Assembly (NCBI RefSeq): GCF_006345805.1
Contig: NC_042997.1
Coordinates: 124,001-188,000, forward strand
Reading direction: 5' to 3'
DNA from: Octopus sinensis
Lineage: Eukaryota
DNA: 64,000 nt
Shown here: piece by piece, positions 14,510 to 28,149 of the stretch
Numbering within the stretch: the stretch's first letter is position 1
Layout of the letters: every line of letters starts with the position of its first letter
Notes under the pieces: generated by a model
The model's database searches: none
Told to the model about the DNA's origin: nothing
What the model saw: only the letters and a program-made list of their open reading frames with translations
Made by a program: the position numbers and the translations under genes

Positions 14510-15232
14510 TAATGAAATGTGTGTGTATTTGTATTGTTTCATTGTCTTCCCTCGCTCGTTTCGTCGAAGTATTATTTATCGTTTGATACACGAAATAAAG
14601 TCATCTATCTATATAACGTGCTCAGTCGATGATCACATGTCTAGTGTGGAACAAAAATCTTTAGATATTGATTTCTTATTCTGGCACAAGTCCAACAAAT
14701 TTAAACTGTTGAGGAATGAGAACAAGTGAGGCCTATGCATTTTACAAACGCATTAGTGAGCCGTAAGTTAAATGATTTTGATTTTCATCGCCAATTGAAA
14801 CAGTGTTCAGGATACGACGTTCCGTTGGATTATCGCTCGTTCCACACGGTTTGCCAAATATTTTTAGTCAACATCTCAACTGAGCGTTTCTGTTTGGTCA
14901 TTTATAGATTGCTAGATTTATTCTGCCTGAATGCTCACACCTTTGAGCCTTACAACTGGCTTTACTGATGACGTATCAACATCGGTATTACACCGACGTC
15001 CTTGCGAATGTTCAATTTCCTTTACATTTTAAATGTTGCAATTTTAAGATGTTGGCTAGTGTTCCAAATGGTGGGAGAAACATATAAACTACGAGTACTT
15101 AAGTAATGATCTACAATTCAACAAGGTTAGAGCCTCAAATTTTCTTACTATTACTCAGGGCATGAAGTAAATTTTCTCTTGATTACTACACACACACACA
15201 CACGCACACGCACGCACACACAGACACAGAAG

Positions 15233-15271
<39 letters not shown>

Positions 15272-15916
15272 CAATATATACATAGGTGCAGATGAAAGAC
15301 AAAAAAGTAAAACATCAAAATAAAGCAAAACAGAAATTCGGGAGCTGACCATATGTACGAATAGCATCTAAGTACTTGTCAATTGTCAATGATAGTCTTG
15401 TAGACTATGCAAAAACATTCACACATTTAAACAAATGTATATGTAGGTCTGCCAATATAGCTAAAAATTACACACACACACACACACGCACACACAGAGG
15501 CGTGCACGTACGTGTTTCAAAATAACTAGCATGTGTACATAAGGAATCGCAGATATATACATACATACACATACACACACATACACGCACACACACACAT
15601 GCACACACACACACATACACACACACATATATATATATATACACACGTAATTATATTTATTTATGCCTGTGTATATTTGTGGGTATAACATGCGCGCGCA
15701 TATTTTCCCGGTATATATTGCCAATGATGTACGCATATGTATGAGAACCTTGTATTAATTCCAACTTAGTTGCACAGACATTAACTTGTCACACTCGCCA
15801 TCCGAAATGCTGCGATCTAGTGATTGCTCAGTGGGCAATCTATATGTGTATGGATTCGTATACCGCCTTACACACATACATCCATGTATATATACCCCCA
15901 ATATATGTAGATGTCA

Positions 15917-16005
<89 letters not shown>

Positions 16006-16177
16006 TACATAAGTAACATACAGAAGAACATTTGTATTGCGATAAATTATTTCAGTTCTTTTACTTCGGAACGGTCGAGCGGTTGTGTATAGACAGTAAA
16101 GATGTTTTGGCTATGTAAATAAGATAATTTCTGTACGAAAATCATTTAGTTGCATGCATGAGTGAGCATACTTCTCT

Positions 16178-16453
16178 ATTTATTCTCAGAGTACATGATT
16201 TATCTGACGTGTGTGGGTAATATGGTTGTGTGAACCTTTGTATGAATATGTGTATATGATTGGCGATTGGAGAATGGATACAAATCATTGATACACACAG
16301 ACACACACTCATAGGTGTATATGTGTATGCTGTACACACACAAAGGTGTACATGTCAGGTAAAAACATATGTATATATGTATGTATGTATGTATGTATGA
16401 TGTATGTATGATGTATGTATGTATGTATGTATGTATGTATGTATGTATGAATG

Positions 16454-16514
<61 letters not shown>

Positions 16515-16592
16515 CGAGAGAGAAAGGGAAAAAGAGGACGAGAGAGAGATAGAAATAGATAGACATATACTTACATACATACATTATATATG

Positions 16593-16627
<35 letters not shown>

Positions 16628-16668
16628 CATAAATATACACACATATATATGTATTGTACATAGATGTA

Positions 16669-16707
<39 letters not shown>

Positions 16708-17173
16708 TCATGCATCTATGTACAACACATATATATGTGTATATATATACATATATATATATTTGTGTATACATGTATATATATATGTGTATACATATAC
16801 ACATGTACATATATATGTGTGTGTATATAAATGTATGTATATATAAATATAACACATATATACGTGAGCATATATGCATATATGTGTATGCAAGTGTGTG
16901 CTTATTTCATTTAGCTACACTTGTATCTGGTTTCAGGTTAGTATCCAAGAATTTGGGAACAGGAGTTTGGGGCATTCTTCTCCGTTTATTCACAGAGTAC
17001 ATGATTTATCTGACGTTCGTGGGTAACATGGCTGTGTAAACCTTTGTATGAATATGTGTATATGATTGGCGAATGGAGAATGAATACAAACCATTGATAC
17101 GCACAGACACACACTCGAAGGTGTATATGTGTATGCTGCACATACACAAAAGTGTACATGTCAGGTAAAAACA
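16178..17173 (+). repeat. About 190-bp direct repeat pair (16178-16367, 16985-17173) bracketing a compound microsatellite
   Basis: Both copies begin TTTATTC(T/A)CAGAGTACATGATTTATCTGACGT and end GTACATGTCAGGTAAAAACA, with scattered substitutions. Confidence 0.9.
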
Positions 17174-17914
17174 GGATATGATCTGTAATGTCACGAGTCC
17201 TCTGATTCCTTAGAATGACGCACCAAACATATCATAACGATTCCGTTTTCTATATTAGATTTGTATTCCTCTTCATTATTTGCACAAGGTATTTTATGAT
17301 GCAAATAGAGATTGCACCGTATAGATCTATTATTACATGTAGTGGCTGTCCAAAATAAAACATATACTGACCCTCTCTCGAAAGAGAATCTGTGAGGTCT
17401 TTGTGACGGCGTTTGAATGAGCTTATGTGTTGGTATAGGCAGATTTTATATGCAGGAAAATATTCTCGTTTGTTTCATTTGTAATGGTCTGTTAACATCA
17501 CGCAGTTCGTAATGCATGCTGATTACCAAAAGAAGCGATACAGCGTCCGATTGTAACAGTTATTATATCTTTAATTACTATTGTTTTGAAGAATGCTGCG
17601 TGGTTATCACAGATAAAATTTGTTTATGGTATGTCGGTCTCTTGTTTAATAATCTATTTACTTTGTTTACTTGTGGAAGTGCTCGTTAAGGAGAGGGGTT
17701 GCTGTTATGCGCTGTTTATAACGCTTTTTCTTTGTTCGCCGAATTGAATGAGATCATATTTTCTAGTTCAGTTATGTGTATTAAAATGATATTTTTCATT
17801 GAATATTGAAGGAACAAATATCTGCGTGTATCGATCTTGCTTTTTAAAGAAAAGAGTCTTGTAAACGCCCACCATTTGGGCACGTAGCAATCTACTATCT
17901 TATGACACTGCAAA

Positions 17915-18040
17915 TACACCTTTGCTTGGGCCCTTGGAAATAGTATCTGAAGGCATCAAGAGGAATATAAAGGAAATGGGTAGTAAGCCCGTTACGCATG
18001 CAAGACTCCAGGAACTCCAACAAAACATGTGCTAAAGAAA
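17915..18040 (+). pseudogene. Old R4-like 3'-end remnant
   Basis: LGPLEIVSEGIKRNIKEMGSKPVTHARLQEL resembles the R4 C-terminus (GALG.V.K...LQK..LLGT). It runs directly into the AAT/GAT array. Confidence 0.35.
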
Positions 18041-18055
18041 AAATTATAATAATAG

Positions 18056-18110
<55 letters not shown>

Positions 18111-18123
18111 AATGATGATGATA

Positions 18124-18185
<62 letters not shown>

Positions 18186-18233
18186 AATGATGATGATGAT
18201 GATAATAATAATAATAATAATAATATAATAATA

Positions 18234-18270
<37 letters not shown>
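18056..18270. repeat. (GAT)n then (AAT)n trinucleotide array
   Basis: Direct inspection. Source of the poly-M and poly-S/Y ORFs. Confidence 0.95.
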
Positions 18271-18271
<1 letters not shown>

Positions 18272-18631
18272 GTGGCTGACGATATATGTATCTCTGATCA
18301 CGAGCATCATAGCCCTTTGTTGAGAGAAATTATTTGGGCTTTGAATAATTCACCTCTGGAAATTTGGGTCTTTTGTTCATCATCCTGAAACAAACCTTAT
18401 TCAGGGACTTTTTGAGTCGGATGACCTATTGGACCTGAAGGGAATTCTAACAGGGCCCCACCTGCAAGGTCATACGTTGTTTATCTTGATATGAGGTCAC
18501 CATGTCGTGCACATTTGGTTCTGATGCAAGTGTCTGGTGTACACTTATCCGATGGGTAGTCATGATGGGTACATTGGGCTTTGTGTATTTTACCCCAGTG
18601 TCACTTTGATGGATGCACTGCTCTCTCACTC
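18271..18631 (+). mobile_element. Non-coding (AAT)n-tailed retroposon fragment
   Basis: Unique 360-bp block between AAT runs, ending CTGCTCTCTCACTC-(AAT)n. Its start (AGTGGCTGACGATAT..ATCTCTGATCACGAGC..CATAGCC) recurs in a diverged copy at about 62640-62750. Confidence 0.7.
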
Positions 18632-18640
18632 AATAATAAC

Positions 18641-18671
<31 letters not shown>

Positions 18672-18674
<3 letters not shown>

Positions 18675-19301
18675 CATATTATCTCTAGCTGCCCAGTCCT
18701 GGCTAAGAAGGAATATATTCACAGACATGACAGAGTTGGAACCTACATACATTGGAAGCTATGCCAACATTATGGAATAACAACAGAAAAAAGATGGTAT
18801 AGGCACACACCAGAAAAGGTCACAGAAAACGAGAAAGCAACCATACTCTGGGATATGCCGATACACACAGATAGAGAAATTAAGGCCAACAGACCAGATA
18901 TAGTTGTCAGAGATCATGAAGAAAAAAAATGCTTTCTAATTGATGTATCAATACCGGCAGATGACAACGTGTCTCTAAAAGAAATGGAGAAACTCTCAAA
19001 ATACAAAGACCTGGAAATAGAGGTAACTAGAATGTGGAACCTGAAAACAGAAACAATTCCTATCATAGTAGGTGCATTAGGCATGATAAAAAATATTCAG
19101 ACAAATACATAACAAAAACACCAGGACTTACAAACACATATAACATACAGAAAATTGCACTACTAGGCACTGCACACATCCTACGCAGAACACTTTCCAT
19201 ACAATAACCATCAGAGCATCACAACAAATCACAGCACATACCCAAGGCACACAGAGCTGCGCTCGGTAGTGAAGTGAAAGCACGCTATAAAAATAAAACT
19301 A

Positions 19302-19357
<56 letters not shown>
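18672..19357 (+). mobile_element. 5'-truncated R4/Dong-clade non-LTR retrotransposon (zinc-knuckle end, REL endonuclease, 3' UTR, (AAT)n tail)
   Basis: HIISSCPVLAKKEYIHRHDRVG..ILWDMPIHTDREIKANRPDIVVRD..LIDVSIP..EKLSKYKDLEIEVTRMW..IPIIVGALG. One frameshift in an A-run near 19090, then IQKIALLGTAHILRRTLS. Flanked on both sides by (AAT)n. Confidence 0.93.
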
Positions 19358-19358
<1 letters not shown>

Positions 19359-20102
19359 CCGATTAACTGTGAAAGCCATTGAATTGATTACAAAAAACTT
19401 ATTCTCTAACTTATTTTAAATCATCTAGTCTGTAGACATGATGTATTCCCTCTGTACATTTTATTACTACCATACTATTGTCGTTAGTTTTCCTAACTGC
19501 ATACCACCTCCAAGCTGTTGTATCAGTATGTTCTCTTTTGATCCATACTGGTTTTCGTCGTCGAGGTCTGCACTAACACCTTGACTCAATCTTCCTACTC
19601 CAGAATATCATTGTATTGGCTATGAAAATAATCTACGGTGATATCGCCATTCTCAGAAGTCCTGAAAAGGTCATGTACACAGTCACACATCCTTATTAAG
19701 TTACATAATGCTATGTTTATACACTAAAACATAAAAAGAGAGAAGTTTATGAAGTAAGAAAGGTCAAATGACGAGTTTTATAATCGTCAAAGCTATCAGA
19801 AATCCCACAAGATCGAGAGAAAATATTAAGATAACACAAATAGAAGGTACAGAAATTCGTAACATTTGTAATATATTATGTAATAATATATTACATTTGT
19901 AATATTAATGTGATTGATATCTAATAATTATTGAAAAAAATCTACACAACAATATAGTAACAGGAGTAAGACTATGAAGCAAGAAAAGCAAAGTGACTTA
20001 CTAAAAGATATAAAAATAAGTAGAAAATAATGTGAAAATAATGAAAGAAACGAAACAACGATACGAAAATGTGGATGGAATATTTGAATTATATATGTAT
20101 GC

Positions 20103-20188
<86 letters not shown>

Positions 20189-20279
20189 ATATATATATTG
20201 TATATAGAATAAATAACACTGTAAAAATTGGAAGAAAGGAAGAACGAAGAATTTGTGGTTAGGCTAATAAACTATGTTT

Positions 20280-20680
20280 GTCATTGATATGAACTTCCGG
20301 AACTGAAACAGTAAAAGTTTGTTAATAGCAAAGTTTATTTTTGAATAACCCGGATTTATCAGATAGGTGCAGTATTTATATATAATTCGAAGGTGAAACT
20401 TTGACTCACCACAAGGAGTTTCACATTTCCGTTTCTCATATATAAAAATGATTCAAACATCTTATAATAAGCTAACAGAAGATCGGAAAGGGCCAAGCTT
20501 TGAGTAGTTATTTGCAATTCAGTTTCGATTTAATATTATTCAACTTGACCACACCGATTTATTCAAGCAACAATCAAATTAATTAATGGCTGCAACTATA
20601 ATTTTTCTGAAATATTGCAACAGGATGTGATATACCAAAAGTAATTCTTAATCAGCGAAATCCGTTTGATAGAAGGAAGA
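20280..20680 (-). pseudogene. Fossil Penelope-like fragment
   Basis: Minus strand WYITSCCNISEKL..LINLI and ILNRN*IANNYS, compared with PLE IWFNPP..FL.LI..IFNRNTIKISYSC. Confidence 0.4.
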
Positions 20681-20912
20681 AGAATCTGTTTTTTTTTTAA
20701 CCCAATAGCAAGTAATACTGAATAACTAGATAACATTTAGAATGATTGCATTCATTCTAATTGTAATGTGTTTACACTATTTATCTCTGGCCAGGTTTAA
20801 TTTTTTTAAAGCTAATTCCGCATTGCTGGACATTATGTATACAAGCAGGGATATATAGATACATATAGACATACACACATAAGACCAATATATTTGTATA
20901 TGTGTGTGTCTA

Positions 20913-20958
<46 letters not shown>

Positions 20959-20989
20959 GTGTGTGTGTGGATACTCATATATAGATACT

Positions 20990-21115
20990 ACCACGTGGTT
21001 CTGGGTTCAGTCCCATTGCGTGGCACTTTGGACAAGTACCTTCTAATATATTCTCGGGCCGAGCAAAGCCTCGTGAGTGGATTTGGTAGACTGAAACTGG
21101 AAGTAGTAGCTCATC

Positions 21116-21152
<37 letters not shown>

Positions 21153-21158
21153 TGTGTG

Positions 21159-21191
<33 letters not shown>

Positions 21192-21468
21192 ACATATATA
21201 TCATATGTATGTGTGTGTATGTTTCTGTGTGTATATATTCATGTGTATGTGTGTTTGCCCCCTCCCCCCGGCATCGCTAGATAATCGATGCTGGTGTGTT
21301 TATGTCCCTGTAACTAACTTAGCGGTTCGGAGAAAGAAACCGGTAGAATAAGTACTACGCTTATAACAAATAAGTCCTGAGGTTGATTTCTCCGACTAAC
21401 ACCCTTTAAGGCGGTGCTCTAGCATGACCGCAGTCAAATGACTGAAACAAGTAAAAGAATAAAAGAAT
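20990..21468 (+). mobile_element. tRNA-derived SINE with internal microsatellite (copy A, head truncated)
   Basis: GGTTCAGTCCC B-box-like motif, GTGAGTGGATTTGGTAGAC block, internal TA/TG tract, 3' block ending GACTGAAACAAGTAAAAGAATAAAAGAAT. Aligns with copies B-E. Confidence 0.88.
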
Positions 21469-23659
21469 ATATACATACACACATATATATATGCGCGTGT
21501 ATGTGTGTGTGTGCATATACACACACTTCCTCACACACACACACACACACGTATATATATTATTTGAAAATTGGGAAGTATGAATTCACTATATGTGAAC
21601 CAATATTTGGAATTAAAAACTCTATATAGTGCTTTCCGTTTGCTAAACAGAAGGGTCCTATTTTAGAGAAGACATTGAATATCTAAACGTATTAAAATCT
21701 GCCTTGAATTGATATTTCGAACTTCCTCGTAATTCCGGGTTTCCGAAGATTTCTCTTTATAAAATGCTTGCTAAAATAATATAATGAAATTAAAGGAAAA
21801 ATCAAATTTAAAAACTGGTAACTATAAATCAGTTATTCTCAGTTTAAACCCTGTTCCTTGTTACTAAACTCAAAAGTATTTTGTGTTTGTACAAAGAAAC
21901 ATTTATCCTCCTTAGTCTAAATAATTAAATAATACGGCAACATAGTTAAAATTGATCACCAACTAGGCGATGAAAATTTCCAATAGAGATACGGGATATT
22001 ATTTGCTAGTAGACTGACGTTACTAATTTTGTACGACAGATCACCGAGAGAAGCAAGAAACACAAAACTAATACCGAGATCATTCATCATATTGTAGCTT
22101 TAAACTTATCTATTTATTTTAATTATAATGTGATGTGGTTTATTTGTTTACATTGAATTCTATTATCATGAAACACAAAGATAAGATATAAAAACATTAA
22201 GGCAGTTACACAGATTGTTCAAGTTACTGCGTATCTAGGCCTATCAGATGTGGAAGTCGCAACTGAAATGAATCTTGTAGTTGCAAAATTTACGAATAAA
22301 AAGAATTCTAGAACAAACAGATGCAAATATAACTAAAAAATGTTGCTATTTTGTTATGGCAGGCACCATTACTACTACGATAAAATTGAACTACAGACAC
22401 AAATACTCACACATGCCTGAATGTGGGTGTGTAGGGAGAATGTGTATGGGGTATTTGTATGAGTATGTTTTTGTATGGTTGTGTGTGAGTGCTTGTGTGT
22501 GTGTGTGTGTGTGTGTGTGTATACATACCTTTCCCCATATCTCTTTTGTGTGTGTGTGTATTTGTGTGTGACTGTGCACGTATTTTTAATATGTTGATGC
22601 ATGCTGTTAAATGCTAACAATATTGATGACACACCTAATAGCATTTTTCAACAAACGAATTAAGTTAAATAAACAAGGTAGTTGAAATACTTATTTCTTC
22701 AGGAAATAGATTTTCCTTAATTCAGAAACAAACCTAAATAAATAAATAAATAAATAAATAAATGAATTAAAAAAAGAAAGAAAAGTATCAATAAGATAAC
22801 CAAGTATTTTTGCGTTGATGATTATATATAGTGTCTGCCAGAAAAGTGATTTCAGCGATATACATTATTTACTGTTTAGAATAAATTTTGAGACTGAAAT
22901 TAGGAAAATATATTTAATATAATGTTTTTCTTTGGTTTTGTTTAAAATATGAAACATATGTACTTTAAGATTTATATTCAATTTAAAAAGTATATCGTTT
23001 TTGTGGCATATAATAGAGAAAGAACAATTTATCATTTAATTTATATTATGAGAAAAACGAATGTCTTGTAAGTTTTGATAAAATATAATTAATGATTTTT
23101 CCCTATTCCTGTTATAGATGAGTTGAAATAGTGGTGTTGTTATATATTGTCTACTGTATTTAATTACCAAGTTCTTGTTTTTATCAATATCTGTCCTCTT
23201 TCTAGGATAAATTTTCAAATTTTGTATTTTATAGCTGCTGAAGCTGAAAGAGTTAAGTGATTAGTAATTAGAACTATTATAGTGTTATTTTCCTTTTTTG
23301 GTTCTCAGAAAAGAATTACTTCTTAGTGTTTATGCAGATATTCCAAGAATATTCTGTTATAGATACCAATGTCTAATGAAAAATCTTTATTTGAAAAGAA
23401 ATTCTAGACGATTATGTTAGTTGGCATAAATGATTGGATGAAATTGTCTGGTGCCATAATATAGTGCAATATTCGGATGGAGATTATAAAATGTCAGAGA
23501 AGGAAGGTTCCTCAAGAAGTCATATAATTGTTGTTCATTAGGTCTAGAATATGTATGCCAATGTACATATATATATAGCAATATACACATATGACACCAT
23601 AGATATGAAACAAAACTTAAAACTACATATACTATTACACCATTTCCAAGTAAGTTTGT

Positions 23660-24242
23660 CTTAACCCTTTTGAGCGACTCTGCTCTATACTCTTTTCTTC
23701 CCCATCTTCCTCTGGTTTCCTTTTTCTCCCCTTCACCATTTCTACCTCTCTCTCTCCACCTCTGACTCCTTTCCCTCTCTCTCGTTGCTCACACGTGACC
23801 ATCGTCCATCTTTCGCTTCCTCACGTAACCATCTTTCTTTTCCTGCACGACGTTCTGGCGATTGGAAGTTTTTCTTTCTGTCTCATCTGTCTGTTCTCTT
23901 TTCAGGGAAAGTCTTTCTCCCAGCGTTTACTATTTTTCTCTCGTTCTCGTTTAGCGACCCTCTATTTTTGTTTTCGTTCGGTTTCCTTCTATATCTCCAC
24001 TGTTCTGTTTTTGATCCCAACTTTTACCTTCTATAGATCCAAAGTTTTGCTTCAGAATTTGTGGAACCAACTGACTTCCAAGACTCATACTGTCATTGAA
24101 TGCTCGAAATGAGGAGTGGATGGATAGCTGAAAACTCATGAAGGGTCGTTCTCTGTGTTGCTTGTCCTGTTTTCCATTTTTTCTCTCGTTCTTTGCTCGT
24201 TTGGCTTCTTGCGTCATGGTATTTACACAGTGACGTCCTGTA

Positions 24243-24245
<3 letters not shown>
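23660..24245 (+). repeat. Pyrimidine-rich interspersed repeat, family unassigned
   Basis: TC-rich leader, CTCTCTCGTTGCTCACACGTGACCA motif and T-rich tail running into (TA)n. Same architecture and motif as 47895-48400 on the minus strand. Confidence 0.5.
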
Positions 24246-24292
<47 letters not shown>

Positions 24293-27059
24293 CGTGTGTG
24301 CATATACATCTATATATCATTTATACTATTACACCATTTGTTCACTGTTCACTGGTGTTTGATAACTGCATTCTGTGCAGTTGTACAGGTACAAAAACAA
24401 GACACTATATGAAATGGAATTTTCTGTTTTCATTACATATTATTCTTTCTCTGGGACTGCAGGATGGACAAGATATAAGAAACACAGATCTCCGTGTCAA
24501 AATGAATTTTACATGTCTTCACGTTTTAGTTAAGCACATCAAAATTTGAAGCTATTGTACTGTCACATATAAAATATATAATATTTATGCATTTTTCGAC
24601 GCGCGTGCATTCACTTTTTACCGTTAAAAGAATGTATCTATATATCTGTAACTAACACACATTTATTAAATTGTATGTGCCAGTTCTTGGTATTATAAAT
24701 GCAGACTTGCATGAATATATATGTGTGTGAGTGTGTGTTTGTGTGTGTGTGAGTGTGTGCGTGAATACATGTGTGTGAATGTGTGTTAGTGTCTGCGAGT
24801 GTGTATGATTTACAGTAAATTACACAGAGTAGTATAGAAAATCATCCAAAAGCTTCATTCTGGTAGAAATAAGGAACAAGGCAATGTTAGACATAGAAAG
24901 TTGTTTCCATACTGTCCCTGTGGTAGAAACAATAATAAGACAGCGTGAATAAACCCACGAGTCTACCAGTGAGCAGAGTAATGTTATCCTATGGAAACGA
25001 AAGACATTTCCATTGCACAAAAGCATGCTATTCGAAAACATGAGAGTTAATTATGAGTTTTTAACATGGACTTATGCTTGCTGTGACCAACTTGGCCACG
25101 ATGGAAGAATCTAGAAACATTAAATTTTTGTCATGTATGTTGCTACCATTCATTTTGTGCATGTTGGAAGATGTCGAGTGATTAGTGTATGACTTAGAAC
25201 ACAACTATGTCTTAAAATTCAATGCGCAGAATAGGCAAAATGAAAATCTTAGTGATATAATATCTCCATATTTAGATATAATTATTGAGATAAAAATAAC
25301 GAAAGATAACGACCGTTATTGAAACACGAACGATACGTGCACTCATAATGATACACTGAAAACAATGAATAGCCATATAGATATAAAATGCGAGTGATAA
25401 AACTTCTGATTAGAAGAACGCCAGTGCGGTTGTTATCACATATATCATCAGCATTTGTCCAAGAATGTTTGCAACATGCTATTTTTACACGGAACATGAC
25501 GTTGTCGCTAAAATCATCGACAATGTTATACACAAGATAAATTTTCGAGACCGCAATAGCAAAGCACTCCGACACTTGAATATATCCAGACCTTTAAAAA
25601 TCAAGATTATTGATGGAGCATTCCAATACCAACAGTCACACGGTGTAAGCACAAATAGTCAGATATTGCATGAGGCAAGGAACAAAGGTTATGCACTGGA
25701 TTAGAATTCAGATGTCCAGAAGATGTAAATGTCTCGTAAAGTAAAACTGAATAAAAGAATGTCTGTGGAGAATCGATGGCTTTCATTTTCACCTATAACC
25801 AAAAGTTCATTGGTCTACATAACAAATTTGTAATGCAACATAGAAAAACTATGGTTCGCCAAAGATAAACAGAACGGACTGATTCATATTCTCCAGACAC
25901 AAATAATTAGAACTTCAGTAAAAATTTGTAAAAAATTTCACAGGATCTCAGCTTTGAGATTCTTAGGTGATCACATGTATGCAGTCTGGTTAACTCATAC
26001 ACAATATACTTATATACAACATACACATAAACAAATGCACACATCAACCGAATCCGATAACTAGGGATCTGAAAGAATGTCTTGATTTTAACAATGTCTT
26101 GCCACTTTGGTAGTGAATTGCTTGAATTCTGCATAGAAGCAGATGAAACTTATATAGATTCCAAAGTCATGCATATATCTATCCATCTAGCTTTCCATGC
26201 GTACATACATACATACATACGTAGGTACATACATACATACATACATACATACGTACGTACATACATACATACATACGTACGTACATACATAAGACAAAAC
26301 ATACAAATCTGCACATGCACTGACTCCAAATACTGAACGTATACACACATATATACATAAATACCCTGTTGATGTTGTTGAAATTCCAATGAAGCATGAA
26401 GGAACATTGAATCTAGGTTAGAAACCGACTCTTTCTCTATTGTGATGAAATCTTGAAGTAAAACTGAATAATGACATACATACATACATACAAACTGACT
26501 GTATTGTGACCGATTGTATAAAAAATATATTGATGGAATTTAACAATTTCAGACAACTGGCTAGATATTGTGTGGGATCTCAAGAAAAGATATACTCTGC
26601 TGTGGCAATCAGCTTCCCTCTGAACACCAATGTGATCAGAAAAATACAAAGGAACATTGATAGACCATTGATATAAAAGTTGCATATCTAGTACCCAAGA
26701 TACACTTTCAGCATCATAACTACTATTATTGCAGTAGTAGAATACGTATCAATTCCCCTGGGGCAAATTATAGTTGACTTTGAGTCCTTGTAGAGAAAAT
26801 GTAACTCCTTAATTCATACGCTACAAATGATCACGATATCTGGGCTAATTAAAATCTGCAACACATTCTTAAAATCTAAAGGATGATGAAAAACACTTTT
26901 CTTCACAACCTTGCTACCAAGCAGGTAGTCGGTCAGTATCAACTCTAAATTAAAAAGAAAGGAAGACAACCGAAAAGGAAGCATTCATACTCATTCATCT
27001 ACATGTTTATGTTTGCGTGTGTTTTAAATGGTGTTAGCGTTGTTCAAGGGCATTGCAAT

Positions 27060-27356
27060 ACTCTTACTCTTTTACTCTTTTACTTGTTTCAGTCATTTTG
27101 ACTGTGGCCATGCTGGAGCACCGCCTTTAGTCGAGCAAATCGACCCCGGGACTTATTCTTTGTAAGCCCAGTACTTATTCTATCGGTCTCTTTTGCCGAA
27201 CCGCTAAGTGACGGGGACGTAAACACACCAGCATCGGTTGTAAAGCAATGCTAGGGGGACAAACACAGACACTCACATACATACATATACATATATACGA
27301 CAGGCTTCTTTCAGTTTCCGTCTACCAAATCCACTCACAAGGTATTGGTCGACCCG
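27060..27356 (-). mobile_element. SINE copy B (head lost)
   Basis: Reverse complement of the SINE 3' and central blocks. Breaks off at GACCCG, where mariner sequence begins. Confidence 0.9.
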
Positions 27357-28149
27357 TCTGGATGTCCTGCCACCACCGAGATAAACATTGATCGTATTCA
27401 GTGCTGTTAGAATAACCCATAAAAGTTGTGAATATTCTTTCACGATGAACCTGGCATGACGAGAGTTTCTGCTTGGTGGATGCCCCGTCTTCTGACACTT
27501 GATCAAAAGCGCACCAGATTGAGATAGATACATCTGGTTTCCTTGAAGTTTCCTAAACTTAGATGAGTATTGGCTTCATCACTTTCAGCAAGTGCTCCAA
27601 AGAAGGCCAAAATCATTTCATTCATTTCATCTGAAAGGAAGGTGATGGCCTCAGTCATTTAAGGTGTAAGAGGCATAGTGCTTATTGACTTTCTTCGAAA
27701 AAGCCTTACCATTAATGATGAGAACTATGACAACAACCTGTTGAGGTTACGAAAGGCTAAAAAGACCAAACGCCAAGGAATACTGACGATAGGGTCTTCT
27801 TTCATCAGGACAATGCTCCAGTACACAAGTCCTTGTTTTCAATGACTGCTGTGTGTGACTATGGTTTTAAACTTGTTGATCAGCCGCCCAATTATTCTGA
27901 TTTGGCTCTATCTGATTACAATCTGTTCCTCAAAATGAAAAAATACTTCACTGGGAAACAGTATCGCAGTGATGTGACGTCATGTCAGTTGTTGATGACG
28001 TTTTTGACCGAAAAGATGAAAGCTTCTTCACCAATGGGATCCAAGCACAGTAACACTGATGATGGACGTGTATGAAACGCCAGGTCCTTATTTGGTCATA
28101 TTCCATGAGAGCATCTTGGTCTGCCAATGAAATATGTAGCCGCCCCTGG
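27357..28149 (+). mobile_element. Decayed mariner transposon, 5'-truncated
   Basis: VSAWWMPRLLTLDQKRTR, KVMASV, FHQDNAPVHKS, QPPNYSDLALSDYNLFLKMKK. 3' TIR-like end AATATGTAGCCGCCCCTGG followed by TA. Confidence 0.88.

Noticed and set aside
13662-17039. Many YIYI/VCVC/HTHT ORFs here and throughout the window
   Set aside because: These are translations of dinucleotide microsatellites, which lack stops in some frames.
24820-25704. Hydrophobic minus-strand peptides suggesting a receptor pseudogene
   Set aside because: Multiple stops and no family motif. AT-rich DNA yields hydrophobic translations by chance.
28046-28072. CTGATGA..GAAAC hammerhead-like string
   Set aside because: It lies in mariner 3' coding sequence, and neither stem I nor stem II pairs. 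Coincidental.
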